A DNA stretch of 64,000 nucleotides, from assembly GCA_039194325.1 (NCBI GenBank), contig JBCCWC010000011.1, positions 32,001 through 96,000 on the forward strand. The letters are read 5' to 3'. This stretch comes from Myxococcota bacterium. Lineage in GTDB: Bacteria; Myxococcota_A; Polyangia; Nannocystales; Nannocystaceae. Below the pieces are notes generated by a model. It was given only the letters and a program-made list of their open reading frames with translations. It did no database searches and had not been told where the DNA came from. Position 1 is the first letter of the stretch. Every line of letters begins with the position of its first letter. The translations under genes and the position numbers were made by a program. This document shows, piece by piece, positions 19,881-30,596 of the stretch.

Positions 19881-21041
19881 ATGGCGCAGACCAACTACGA
19901 GCGGCTCTTCAACCCCACCGAGGAGCATGCGCTGCTGCGCAAGACGGTCGCCGAATTCGCTCGTCGTGAGGTCGATCCTCAAGCGGCGGAGTTCGACGAC
20001 AAGGGGCACCTCAATACCGCGCTGTTCAAAAAGCTCGGTGAGCTGGGCCTCTTGGGGGTCACCGTCCCGGTCGACGACGACGGCGCGGGCATGGACGCGG
20101 TGGCGGCGGTCATCGTGCACCACGAGCTGGCCAAGTACGACCCAGGCTTTACGCTGGCCTACCTGGCCCACTCGATGCTCTTCGTCAACAACTTCTACTA
20201 CTGCTCCAACGCCGAGCAGCGGGCGCGCTACCTGCCCAAGGTGGTGAGCGGCGAGTGGGTCGCCGGCATGGGCATGACCGAGCCGGGGGCGGGCACCGAC
20301 GTGATGGGCATGAGCACCACCGCGGTGCGCGATGGTGACACCTACGTGCTCAACGGCAGCAAGACCTACATCACCAACGCGTGCGAGGGATACTGCTTTT
20401 TGGTCTATGCCAAGGTCGACGGGCGGGTCACCGCCTTCGTGGTCGATCGCGACTGTGCGGGCTTTTCCACCACCAACCACATCGACAAGCTGGGCATGCG
20501 GGGCTCGACCATGGCGGAGCTCGTCTTCGAGGACTGTCGGGTCCCGGCGAGCAACCTGCTGGGCGCGGAGGGCGACGGGATCACCCACATGATGCGCAAC
20601 CTGGAGATCGAGCGGTTGACCCTGGCGGCGATGAGCGTGGGGATCGCCGATCGCTGCGTTGAGATCATGGTCAGCTACGGCACCGAGCGCAAGGCGTTCG
20701 GTCAGCCGATCGCCAACTTCGGCCAGATCCAGCGGTACATCGCCGATGGCTACGCCCAGACCGAGGCGGCCAAGTGCCTGGTCTACAACGTGGCCGCCGA
20801 CATCGGCCCGGAGATCCGCAACCGGGTGGGGACCGACGCCGCCAAGCTCTTTGCCGCTCCGGTGGGCAAGCACGTGGCCGACTGGGCCATGCAAGTCATG
20901 GGCGGGGCAGGCTACTGCAAGGAGTACCCGGTGGAGCGGCTATGGCGGGACGCCAAGCTGCTGGAGATCGGGGGGGGCACGATCGAGGCCCACCAAAAGA
21001 ACTTGGCCAAGGATCTCAGCCGGCACCATGCCGCGCGCTAG
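19881..21041 (+). CDS. Acyl-CoA dehydrogenase (isovaleryl-CoA dehydrogenase-like)
   Basis: GMTEPGAGTD, LNGSKTYITN, KLGMRGS, RKAFGQPI, MGGAGY, RDAKLLEIGGGT; SD-like GAGGGG before ATG 19881. Confidence 0.92.
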   Translation: MAQTNYERLFNPTEEHALLRKTVAEFARREVDPQAAEFDDKGHLNTALFKKLGELGLLGVTVPVDDDGAGMDAVAAVIVHHELAKYDPGFTLAYLAHSMLFVNNFYYCSNAEQRARYLPKVVSGEWVAGMGMTEPGAGTDVMGMSTTAVRDGDTYVLNGSKTYITNACEGYCFLVYAKVDGRVTAFVVDRDCAGFSTTNHIDKLGMRGSTMAELVFEDCRVPASNLLGAEGDGITHMMRNLEIERLTLAAMSVGIADRCVEIMVSYGTERKAFGQPIANFGQIQRYIADGYAQTEAAKCLVYNVAADIGPEIRNRVGTDAAKLFAAPVGKHVADWAMQVMGGAGYCKEYPVERLWRDAKLLEIGGGTIEAHQKNLAKDLSRHHAAR

Positions 21042-21465
21042 CTCGCCGCCGCCTCGTCGGGTGGCTCGGCCGGCGCAGCGGATCACCGTCGACGGCGTGA
21101 CCGAGCTGCCGCACGGGCAGGCGCGGACCTTCACCTTCGACGATGGCGAGCATCCGGGGCGAGGCTTCGTCTTGATGCTGCGCCAAGGGGAGGGACCCAT
21201 GGGGGATGGGCAGCCGCAGCTTCACGCCTATCGCAACCGCTGCGCCCACGTGTCCTTCGATCTCGACATGGGCACCGGGGAGTTTTGGTCGGCCAAGCTC
21301 GGGCGGATCTACTGTCGCACGCACGGGGCGTGCTACGAGCCACGCACGGGGGTGTGCGACCAGGGTCCGTGCGTGGGGGCGCGGCTGGAGAAGTTCGAGG
21401 TGGAATGGCAGGGTGATGCGGCGGTGGTGTCGATCCCGTTCGAAGCGCCGGGCGACCAGACGTGA
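21028..21465 (+). CDS. Rieske [2Fe-2S] ferredoxin
   Basis: NRCAH...YCRTHGACY..TG.C..GPC Rieske ligands; start overlaps the end of the acyl-CoA dehydrogenase. Confidence 0.88.
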   Translation: MPRASSPPPRRVARPAQRITVDGVTELPHGQARTFTFDDGEHPGRGFVLMLRQGEGPMGDGQPQLHAYRNRCAHVSFDLDMGTGEFWSAKLGRIYCRTHGACYEPRTGVCDQGPCVGARLEKFEVEWQGDAAVVSIPFEAPGDQT

Positions 21466-21558
21466 GGAGGATCGCAGCGCGATCGATCGTTCGCGGGAAA
21501 AGGGCCTTTGACTTGGCGCGCGCTTTGGCGCAAGGATGGCGGTCAGGAATCATCGTCC

Positions 21559-22407
21559 ATGAGCATCAAGATTCAGCGTTTCACGAGCCTTTCGCTGGCC
21601 CTCGCGGCAGGTCTGCTCTGGGGTTGCCCGAGCGACGACGGGGGGGAGGACACCGGCAATACGCCCTCCACCGGTGATGGCTCGACCGGTCCCGGCGCTA
21701 CCGGTCAGGATCCAACCGGCGACGGCTCGTCGGGTGGTGGCTCGTCGAGCGGTGGCTCGGGCGGTGGATCGTCGGATGGTTCGGCCTGTGCGAACGCGGG
21801 GGCCAACGGGAATGCGTGCTCCGACGCGTGTGATTGCATGTCCAACGAGTGCTTCACCGTGGGGGCGCTGGGCGGTGTGTGCTCCGACTGTGATTCCGAC
21901 GAGGATTGCGCCGACGTCGGCTTTGGCTGCAACTTCGGCAACCCGCTGACGATGACGCCGGCGGTCTGTAGTGCCTCTGGCGATCTAGGCGAGGGCTGCG
22001 AGACCACCGAGGCTTGCGCTGAAGGCCTGTTCTGCAACACGCTCATTGATGTCCCGGGGGTGATCACCGCCCTGACCTGTAGTGAGTGTGAGAGCGACGA
22101 CGACTGTACGGATCAGCTGTGCGCGCCCACCTACGACATCGAGAACATCGCCGGTCACTTCCAGTGCGTCGACATGGGCTCGGTCCCCAACGACGAGGGC
22201 TGTGACTTCACCAGCGGCTCGGGCAACGACCAGTGCATGTCGGGCAACTGCGCGCCGGCGGCGGTGATGGGGATCCCGGTGGTCGGTGTGTGCTCGCCCT
22301 GCAACGAGGATCAGGACTGCGTCGACATGGGCATGACGACGTGTCAGCTACCCGAGCTGGCGATCGAGGGCACGATGCTGTCGTTGGTGCCCGGTCAGTG
22401 CATGTAA
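21559..22407 (+). CDS. Cys-rich secreted lipoprotein, function unknown
   Basis: Signal peptide ending LLWGC, Ser/Gly/Thr linker, repeated C-x2-C-x4-DC modules. Confidence 0.75.
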   Translation: MSIKIQRFTSLSLALAAGLLWGCPSDDGGEDTGNTPSTGDGSTGPGATGQDPTGDGSSGGGSSSGGSGGGSSDGSACANAGANGNACSDACDCMSNECFTVGALGGVCSDCDSDEDCADVGFGCNFGNPLTMTPAVCSASGDLGEGCETTEACAEGLFCNTLIDVPGVITALTCSECESDDDCTDQLCAPTYDIENIAGHFQCVDMGSVPNDEGCDFTSGSGNDQCMSGNCAPAAVMGIPVVGVCSPCNEDQDCVDMGMTTCQLPELAIEGTMLSLVPGQCM

Positions 22408-22544
22408 GCGGCGGCTCCATGCGGTAGGGCTCGTCACCCCTGGTGGTGGTGACGAGCCGCAGGCCAATGGCTCGCGCGCTCCCTACGGCTTTGTCGAGCG
22501 CTCGGGCTTTGTTGAGCGCTCGGGAGCGTCGGGAGCGCTTGGGT

Positions 22545-24611
<2,067 letters not shown>

Positions 24612-24839
24612 GGAGGCCGCCGCTTTTACGGCGGCGCGATCGCGCGGGCAACGGCGTACGAGGGCGTTTGAGGGACAATCGGGCGACCGTGGGGGGATCG
24701 GGGGGATCCGATCTCCGGCTGGGCGTGGAGTCGAAGGATGCTCGCTGATTGCGCTGGGTGGGGCACGTTGCCCCGGCGCGGGGGGTCGGATCGAGCGCCG
24801 TTGGCGAGGGGGTGGCGTGACCCGCTAGACTTTCGTCAG

Positions 24840-25079
24840 GTGAGCACATCGACGACCTCTGCCCAAGCGATGCGACGTTGGGTTGACAATATGCGCGCAG
24901 CCCAGGCGCGCGAGCAGCAAGCGCGGCGCGCAGCGCCACTGTGTGCGTCCGAGTCGTGGCGGCGAGCTCTCGCGTTGATGTCGTTCGCGCAGAAGCTCGG
25001 CACCCCGCCGGCTGACGATGATGATGAGCGGGTCCAGGAGACTTGGATGCGTCTTCGGAGGGTCATGGGAGCAGGGTGA
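24840..25079 (+). CDS. Small hypothetical helical protein (possible partner of a nucleotidyltransferase)
   Basis: Fills the intergenic gap; GTG 24840 or ATG 24870; its stop overlaps the next GTG (GTGA). Confidence 0.45.
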   Translation: MSTSTTSAQAMRRWVDNMRAAQAREQQARRAAPLCASESWRRALALMSFAQKLGTPPADDDDERVQETWMRLRRVMGAG

Positions 25080-25183
25080 CCGACGTCGGAACGGGCATCC
25101 CCGAAGCGATCGCGGCCCTCGCTGGAGCCCTCGAACAGGCCAAGGTTCCCTCCTTCGATTTCCCGCGAATGGTCGCTATTTGA
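25076..25183 (+). pseudogene. Possible truncated nucleotidyltransferase N-terminus (35 aa)
   Basis: MTDVGTGIPEAIAALAGALEQAKVPS then FDFPRMVAI*; resembles the helix that precedes the 'MLIGG' motif of DUF6036/AbiEii-type NTases; translationally coupled to the upstream ORF. Confidence 0.35.
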
Positions 25184-25184
25184 C

Positions 25185-26108
25185 GTGGCAGAACGGACCA
25201 TGGTCGCGTCTTCCCGTCGTTCGGCTACGATGGTGGTGATGACCTTGCCCGACGCACTTGCGCCTGGCACCCGGCTCGCGCGGCACTACGTGCTCGGCGA
25301 GCGGATCGGTGACGGCGGCATGGCGCGGGTCTACCGGGCGGAGCACGAGCCCAGCGGTCGTCCGGTGGCGATCAAGATCTTGTCGATCCGGGCCGAGCGT
25401 TCGCCCGAGGTGGCGGAGCGCTTCGTGCAGGAGGCTCAGCTTGCCTCTCGGGTGGCGCACGAGCACGTGGTGGAGATCCTCGAGCTGGGGCAGACCGACG
25501 ACGGGCGCCCCTTGATCGTCATGGAGCTGCTCGAGGGCGAAGAGCTCGGGGTCACGCTTGCTCGGGAGGCTCCGCTGACGGGCGAGCGTACCCGGGCGCT
25601 GCTGGTCCAGCTGCTCGGCGCGGTACAGGCGGTGCACGACCAGGGGATCATTCACCGCGACATCAAGCCCGATAACCTATTTCGGATCCCGCGGTCGGGC
25701 GGGGGGGAGACGCTCAAGATCTTCGACTTCGGGATCGCCAAGATCCACGAGGACGACCCGGGGGCCAAGCCGCTGACCCTCATTGGTCAAGTGCTCGGTA
25801 CGCCCGAGTACATGTCGCCCGAGCAAGGGCTGGGGTCGGATATCGACATCCGGTCCGATCTCTACTCGGTCGGGATCCTCGGCTACGAGATGCTCACCGG
25901 CGTGCCGCCCTTTCGGTCGGACTGGCCGGCGAAGATCCTCGTCTATCACCGCAAGGAGCCGGTGCCCGCGATGCAGGACGTCGCGCCCGGGGTGGTGGTC
26001 GAGCCCGAGCTGGAGGCGGTCATTGCTCGGGCGCTGGCCAAGCAGGCCAAGGATCGCTTCGAGTCGGCGCAGCAGTTTGCGCAGGCGCTGGTGGCCGTGG
26101 GTGCGTAG
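25185..26108 (+). CDS. Ser/Thr protein kinase (stand-alone catalytic domain)
   Basis: IGDGGMARVY, VAIK, HRDIKPDN, DFGIAK, GTPEYMSPEQ, DLYSVG; exact start uncertain (25185-25240). Confidence 0.92.
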   Translation: MAERTMVASSRRSATMVVMTLPDALAPGTRLARHYVLGERIGDGGMARVYRAEHEPSGRPVAIKILSIRAERSPEVAERFVQEAQLASRVAHEHVVEILELGQTDDGRPLIVMELLEGEELGVTLAREAPLTGERTRALLVQLLGAVQAVHDQGIIHRDIKPDNLFRIPRSGGGETLKIFDFGIAKIHEDDPGAKPLTLIGQVLGTPEYMSPEQGLGSDIDIRSDLYSVGILGYEMLTGVPPFRSDWPAKILVYHRKEPVPAMQDVAPGVVVEPELEAVIARALAKQAKDRFESAQQFAQALVAVGA

Positions 26109-26727
26109 AACACCGAGGGGCTTTCGATGGTTTTCTTCAGCGAGCAAGTGTGAAGTCGTATGATTTTCTAAGGTCGTGTCATGTTGGTTCGTGCACGTAT
26201 CTGGTGCTGGATAGCCGCCCGCTTTGGATCGATGATTGGGTCACTCGGTAGATCGACCGATGAGGTGGTGTCGTACACACGTAGGGGCCCGTAGACCTCA
26301 ATGCGTGTGGATTCACATAGAGCTTGCGCTGGGTTCGATTGGGCGATTCTTCTGACCAAGCAATCGATCTAAACCGGTCCCAAACCGAGCCCAACGCAGA
26401 GCAAATGCTTGCTGGTGCGCCGCGAGAGGCGTACGGGTAGATGCTCCATGAGCGGGCTTGTCTCGTTCACGGGTCCTAGCGCTCATCGAACGCGAAGGCT
26501 CGTCGTGCAATGGCTCGAGTCCATCGATCGCACGGTCGAGCTCCGACGACGTTCTGCGCCGGTTTTCGCTGGAGTTGTGGAGTTCCCTGAAGGATGTGAA
26601 ACCTGACGCACGAAGCTCGCGAGATCGAAGTGCTCGACTTTGCTGCGAATGCATCTCATACATTCCCCTAAGCTCGCTGTAGCTTCGAAGCACGATGGTC
26701 CGATCTCCAGCCATAGGGAGTCCCGCG

Positions 26728-28146
26728 ATGAAGAGTCTGAGTGCTTCTGGCGCACCCCCGCACGAGGTTCCACGCCAGCGTGGGCGCCGTGGTGGACGGA
26801 GGTGGAGCCCGTCCGGAGCGCTGATGCTCGCGCTGGTCGTCGGATGCTCGGCGAGCGGGGCCGGCGATGTATCGACCGATACCGAGGCTACGACCTCTGG
26901 TTCTGGCAGCGAAGGCGAGACCGAGACCGGCGACCGCAGCGCGTTCACTCCCGGCGAGATCGACACGATTCTCACCTGGCTCGGACCTCTGCCGCCGGCT
27001 CCTCCGCCCGATCCGACCAACGCCTATGCCGATGATCCCGGCGCCGCGGCCTTTGGTCAGGCGATGTTCTTCGAGACCGGCTTTAGCGGCAACGGCATGG
27101 TCTCGTGCGCCACATGCCATGTGCCGCAGATGGGGTTTGCCGACGGGCAGGAGGGCACCTCGGTCGGGATCGAGCGCACTGGGCGAAGCACGATGTCCGT
27201 GTTCAACAGCGGGTATGGAGCGGCGTCGGAGTCCCAGACCAATTGGCAGTATTGGGATGGTCGCTGCGACTCTCCCTGGTGCCAGGCTCTGACCGCGGCG
27301 GAGAACGAGATCGACATGGGCGGTGCGCGATCCGATGTCGCCCTGCTCATCTTCGATCAGTATCGTGCCCAGTACGAGGCGGTGTTCGGGCAGATGCGCG
27401 AGCTGCGGGACGCCGAGGGAGCGCCGGTGGTCCCGGCGGGGTCTCGCCCGGGCGATCCGCAGTGGGATGCGCTCGCGCCGGAGTTGCGCGACGACGTGAC
27501 GCGGATCTTCGTCAACTTTGGCAAGGCGGTGGCGGCCTACGAGCGTCGGTTGGTCAGTCGTGACTCCCGGTTCGACCAGCTGTGGGAGGAGCTGGCCGGC
27601 GGGGCCGAGGACAGCGACGCCCTCACCGCGCAGGAAAAAGAGGGATTGCGGGTGTTCATCGGCAATGGGCGCTGCCTTGGATGTCACGGCGGGCCCAATT
27701 TCACCGATGGCCAGTTTCACAACATCGCGGTCCCGCAACAGGGTACCGACATCGCGCCCAGCGATCCGGGCCGGGCCCAGGGCTTGGCCACCGTGCTCGA
27801 GCAGGAGTTCAACTGTGCGGGTCCCTGGAGCGATCACCCCGACAAGGGGACGTGTGCGGTCTCTACGTTGGGGGCGGCGACCGGCGAGCTCGGTGCGTTC
27901 AAGACGCCCAGCCTCCGCGGGGTTGCCTCGACCGCTCCCTATATGCACACGGGTAACTTCGCCACGCTCGACAGCGTGATGATCCATTATGACTTCGGCG
28001 GCGCTGCGGCCGGTACATTCGACGGGACTCGGGACGAGCTCATGCGCCCGGTGGGGCTCAGCGCTGCCGAGCGGAGCGCGCTGGTCGCGTTCATGGAGGC
28101 GCTCGAGGGCGAGCCGCTGGATCCTGCGCTCATGAGCGCCCCATGA
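26728..28146 (+). CDS. Di-heme cytochrome c peroxidase / MauG superfamily lipoprotein
   Basis: Two CxxCH (CATCH, CLGCH), YWDGR, FTDGQFHN, FKTPSLR..TAPYMHTG; lipobox ALVVGC; start uncertain (26728 or later). Confidence 0.9.
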   Translation: MKSLSASGAPPHEVPRQRGRRGGRRWSPSGALMLALVVGCSASGAGDVSTDTEATTSGSGSEGETETGDRSAFTPGEIDTILTWLGPLPPAPPPDPTNAYADDPGAAAFGQAMFFETGFSGNGMVSCATCHVPQMGFADGQEGTSVGIERTGRSTMSVFNSGYGAASESQTNWQYWDGRCDSPWCQALTAAENEIDMGGARSDVALLIFDQYRAQYEAVFGQMRELRDAEGAPVVPAGSRPGDPQWDALAPELRDDVTRIFVNFGKAVAAYERRLVSRDSRFDQLWEELAGGAEDSDALTAQEKEGLRVFIGNGRCLGCHGGPNFTDGQFHNIAVPQQGTDIAPSDPGRAQGLATVLEQEFNCAGPWSDHPDKGTCAVSTLGAATGELGAFKTPSLRGVASTAPYMHTGNFATLDSVMIHYDFGGAAAGTFDGTRDELMRPVGLSAAERSALVAFMEALEGEPLDPALMSAP

Positions 28147-29072
28147 CACCCCATGGTCTACCGATGAGCCGACAACTCTCTATAGCCCGATCTCTAGTCG
28201 CCGCATGGCTCGGGCCGGTCGTGGCGATCTCGCTCTTGTCGGCGCCGGTCAGTGCGTGGGCCAAGCCCGCGAAGGGGGTGGAGGGTGATGGCGCCGCTTC
28301 GGTCCCGACGCCGAGCGACGAGGATCGACAAAAGGCGCAAAAGCTTCGTACGGATGCCCAGCGCCGGTTCGCCGCGCAGGACTACGAGGGCGCGATCGAA
28401 GCCTTCGAGGGTGCTCATGCGCTGGCACCCGATCCCACCGATCTGTTCAACATCGGTCGGGTCTACGAGGAGCAGGGCGATCTCGCGCGAGCGCTCACGT
28501 ACTATGAGCGATTCTCCCGCGAGCCGCGGCTCGAGCTCGGCGAGCGGCAGGCGGCGGCCGAGCGGATCGAGGTGCTGCGGGTCCTGGTCGAGCCACCGTC
28601 GTCACCGCCGGCGCACAAGTCCGTCTCTGACCCGGGCCCGGGCCCCACGCGTAGGTCCGATTCCGCGATCGATTCCCCGGCGGCTCCGCCCACTGATGAT
28701 CGATCTCGCCGGGCCGTGTCGCCGCTGGTGGTAGGGGGATCGGCGCTCCTCGGGGCGGGCGCGGCCGTGGCGATCGCGGGCGGGGTGGGGTTTGGCGTCT
28801 CGGCCCGGCGGGTCGGCGAGACCATCGATTCGCTCGACGAGGGGAGCAACCCGGATCGGCTGTCGTTGGCGCAGGCCGAGGACCAGCATGCACGGGGGCA
28901 GAACCTCGAGGCGCTTCAGATCACGTTCATCGTCACGGGAGCCGCCGTGGCCGCGGCGGGGGCGGGGCTGCTCACGGCGGGGCTGCTCAAGCAGCGTCGC
29001 GCTCGGCTCCAGGCGCTGGCCCCGACGCTGAGCCCGAGCATGGTCGCCTTGCATGCGGCGTGGAGGTTTTGA
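28143..29072 (+). CDS. Secreted/membrane TPR protein
   Basis: Signal peptide (SAWA), TPR helices (AQDYEGAIEAF; LFNIGRVYE), Pro-rich linker, two C-terminal hydrophobic segments; ATGA overlap with the upstream gene. Confidence 0.8.
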   Translation: MTPHGLPMSRQLSIARSLVAAWLGPVVAISLLSAPVSAWAKPAKGVEGDGAASVPTPSDEDRQKAQKLRTDAQRRFAAQDYEGAIEAFEGAHALAPDPTDLFNIGRVYEEQGDLARALTYYERFSREPRLELGERQAAAERIEVLRVLVEPPSSPPAHKSVSDPGPGPTRRSDSAIDSPAAPPTDDRSRRAVSPLVVGGSALLGAGAAVAIAGGVGFGVSARRVGETIDSLDEGSNPDRLSLAQAEDQHARGQNLEALQITFIVTGAAVAAAGAGLLTAGLLKQRRARLQALAPTLSPSMVALHAAWRF

Positions 29073-29076
29073 TGTC

Positions 29077-30030
29077 ATGACCGGACGGCAAGTGACCCTC
29101 GCGAACCTCGCGATCCTCGGCAGCTTGGTCCTCGTGACCCCGCTGGGTGCGTGCTATCGGGCCGAGCTCGATCCCGAGGCCCTGGGGGTCTATGTGTGTG
29201 AGCAGGACACTGATTGCGCGCTGGGCAGCGCCTGTATCGATGGGGTCTGCGACGACCCCGATCGATCCGACGACATCGCGCTGCTCGTCCAGTCCCCGGC
29301 GGCGCTCGACGTGTTCCCGGTGCAGAGCACGGGGGCGGTGCCTCTGACGATCGGGGGGCGCGGCGTGGTCCTGACCTCGGAGCTCGACGACGCGCCTGGG
29401 GCGGGCTACATCGAGGTCTCCCTGGATGGTGCCTTGGTCGACACGATCACCGAGGGCGATCTCGAGGCGGGGATCGAGCTCGACTCGGTGGCCTTTCCTC
29501 GTGAGCCGGGGCTGCACCACATCCGCCTGGAGGCGCGTAGCGCCGACGGCGAGCCGCTGGGGCGTGACGGGGTGAGCACGTCGACGGCGTTTTGGATGGA
29601 CGATGGCCAAGAGCACGTGGGGATCCTCGACCCGGCGCCCGGGACCCAGCTCGAGCTCTCCGCCGACACCGGGCTTGCTGTCGAGGTCGCCAGCTTGAAT
29701 TTCACCTTCGCCAACCCGGGGTTCTCGGCGCCCGAGGATCTGCAGGCCGAGCGCCTGGGCTACGTCAGCTTGTTCCTGAACACCGAGATCCCCAGCTGTT
29801 TGCCCGATTGCAACTTCGACTATCAGACGACCATCGTTCCCGCGGGCCTGAGCCGGGTCAACCGGATCAAGGTCGAGCAGGTGCTCGACCTACCGGAGGA
29901 GATCGGCACCACGCAGGTGCAGATCGTAGCCCAGACGATGGCCAATGCCCCCTATCACCGCGAGGCGGGGGCCGGAGAGCTCGTCTATCACATGGTGCCC
30001 GTGCAGTCGGTCGTGAGGGTGGCTCCATGA
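29077..30030 (+). CDS. Hypothetical lipoprotein (Cys-rich N-module plus two Ig-like beta domains)
   Basis: Lipobox PLGAC; C-x4-DC-x4-AC-x3-VC module; beta-rich repeats (GYIEVSLDG, GLHHIRLE). Confidence 0.7.
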   Translation: MTGRQVTLANLAILGSLVLVTPLGACYRAELDPEALGVYVCEQDTDCALGSACIDGVCDDPDRSDDIALLVQSPAALDVFPVQSTGAVPLTIGGRGVVLTSELDDAPGAGYIEVSLDGALVDTITEGDLEAGIELDSVAFPREPGLHHIRLEARSADGEPLGRDGVSTSTAFWMDDGQEHVGILDPAPGTQLELSADTGLAVEVASLNFTFANPGFSAPEDLQAERLGYVSLFLNTEIPSCLPDCNFDYQTTIVPAGLSRVNRIKVEQVLDLPEEIGTTQVQIVAQTMANAPYHREAGAGELVYHMVPVQSVVRVAP

Positions 30031-30596
30031 ACAAGCGCTCACCAAGGGGCGTGATCCCCCCGGTCCTGTTCGTCCTCATCGGCCTGGCCGCGTGCGCCGA
30101 GCCCGAGCGATTCGAGCGCGCGTCGGGGGAGGAGGGGACGATGGAGACCGGCGACCCCGATGACCCCGATGACCCCGAGGTGGACGAGGACGCGATCCTG
30201 GCTCAGGCGATGGCCTACGAGCAGGAGCTCACGCTGCTGACCCCCGAGCCCGAGCTGTCGGAGACCCACTCGGATGCGGCCAGCGTGCGCGTGTGGGGCT
30301 CGTCGAGCGCGGCCGAGCTGTTTTCGTCGATCGATCCCGACGACCCGACCCAGGAGGTCTCGTTCGCCGAGGGCGACATGTTCGTCAAGGAGCACTTCGA
30401 CGAGGCCGGTGAGGTCAACGGACTCACGGTGATGTTCAAGGGCCCCGAGGGCTACGATCCGGACGCACGCGACTGGTACTGGGCGCGGATCCGCGGGGAC
30501 GAGTTGACCCATTCCGGTCGAGTCCAGTGGTGCATCGACTGCCACGAGGCCGCCTTCAACAGCGATCTCGTGGTCGGGTTCGGGAAGAGCCCATGA
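30027..30596 (+). CDS. Cytochrome P460 family lipoprotein
   Basis: Lipobox GLAAC; F.EGDMFVKE, VMFK..GY....DWYW, C-terminal CIDCH; ATGA overlaps at both ends. Confidence 0.82.
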   Translation: MNKRSPRGVIPPVLFVLIGLAACAEPERFERASGEEGTMETGDPDDPDDPEVDEDAILAQAMAYEQELTLLTPEPELSETHSDAASVRVWGSSSAAELFSSIDPDDPTQEVSFAEGDMFVKEHFDEAGEVNGLTVMFKGPEGYDPDARDWYWARIRGDELTHSGRVQWCIDCHEAAFNSDLVVGFGKSP

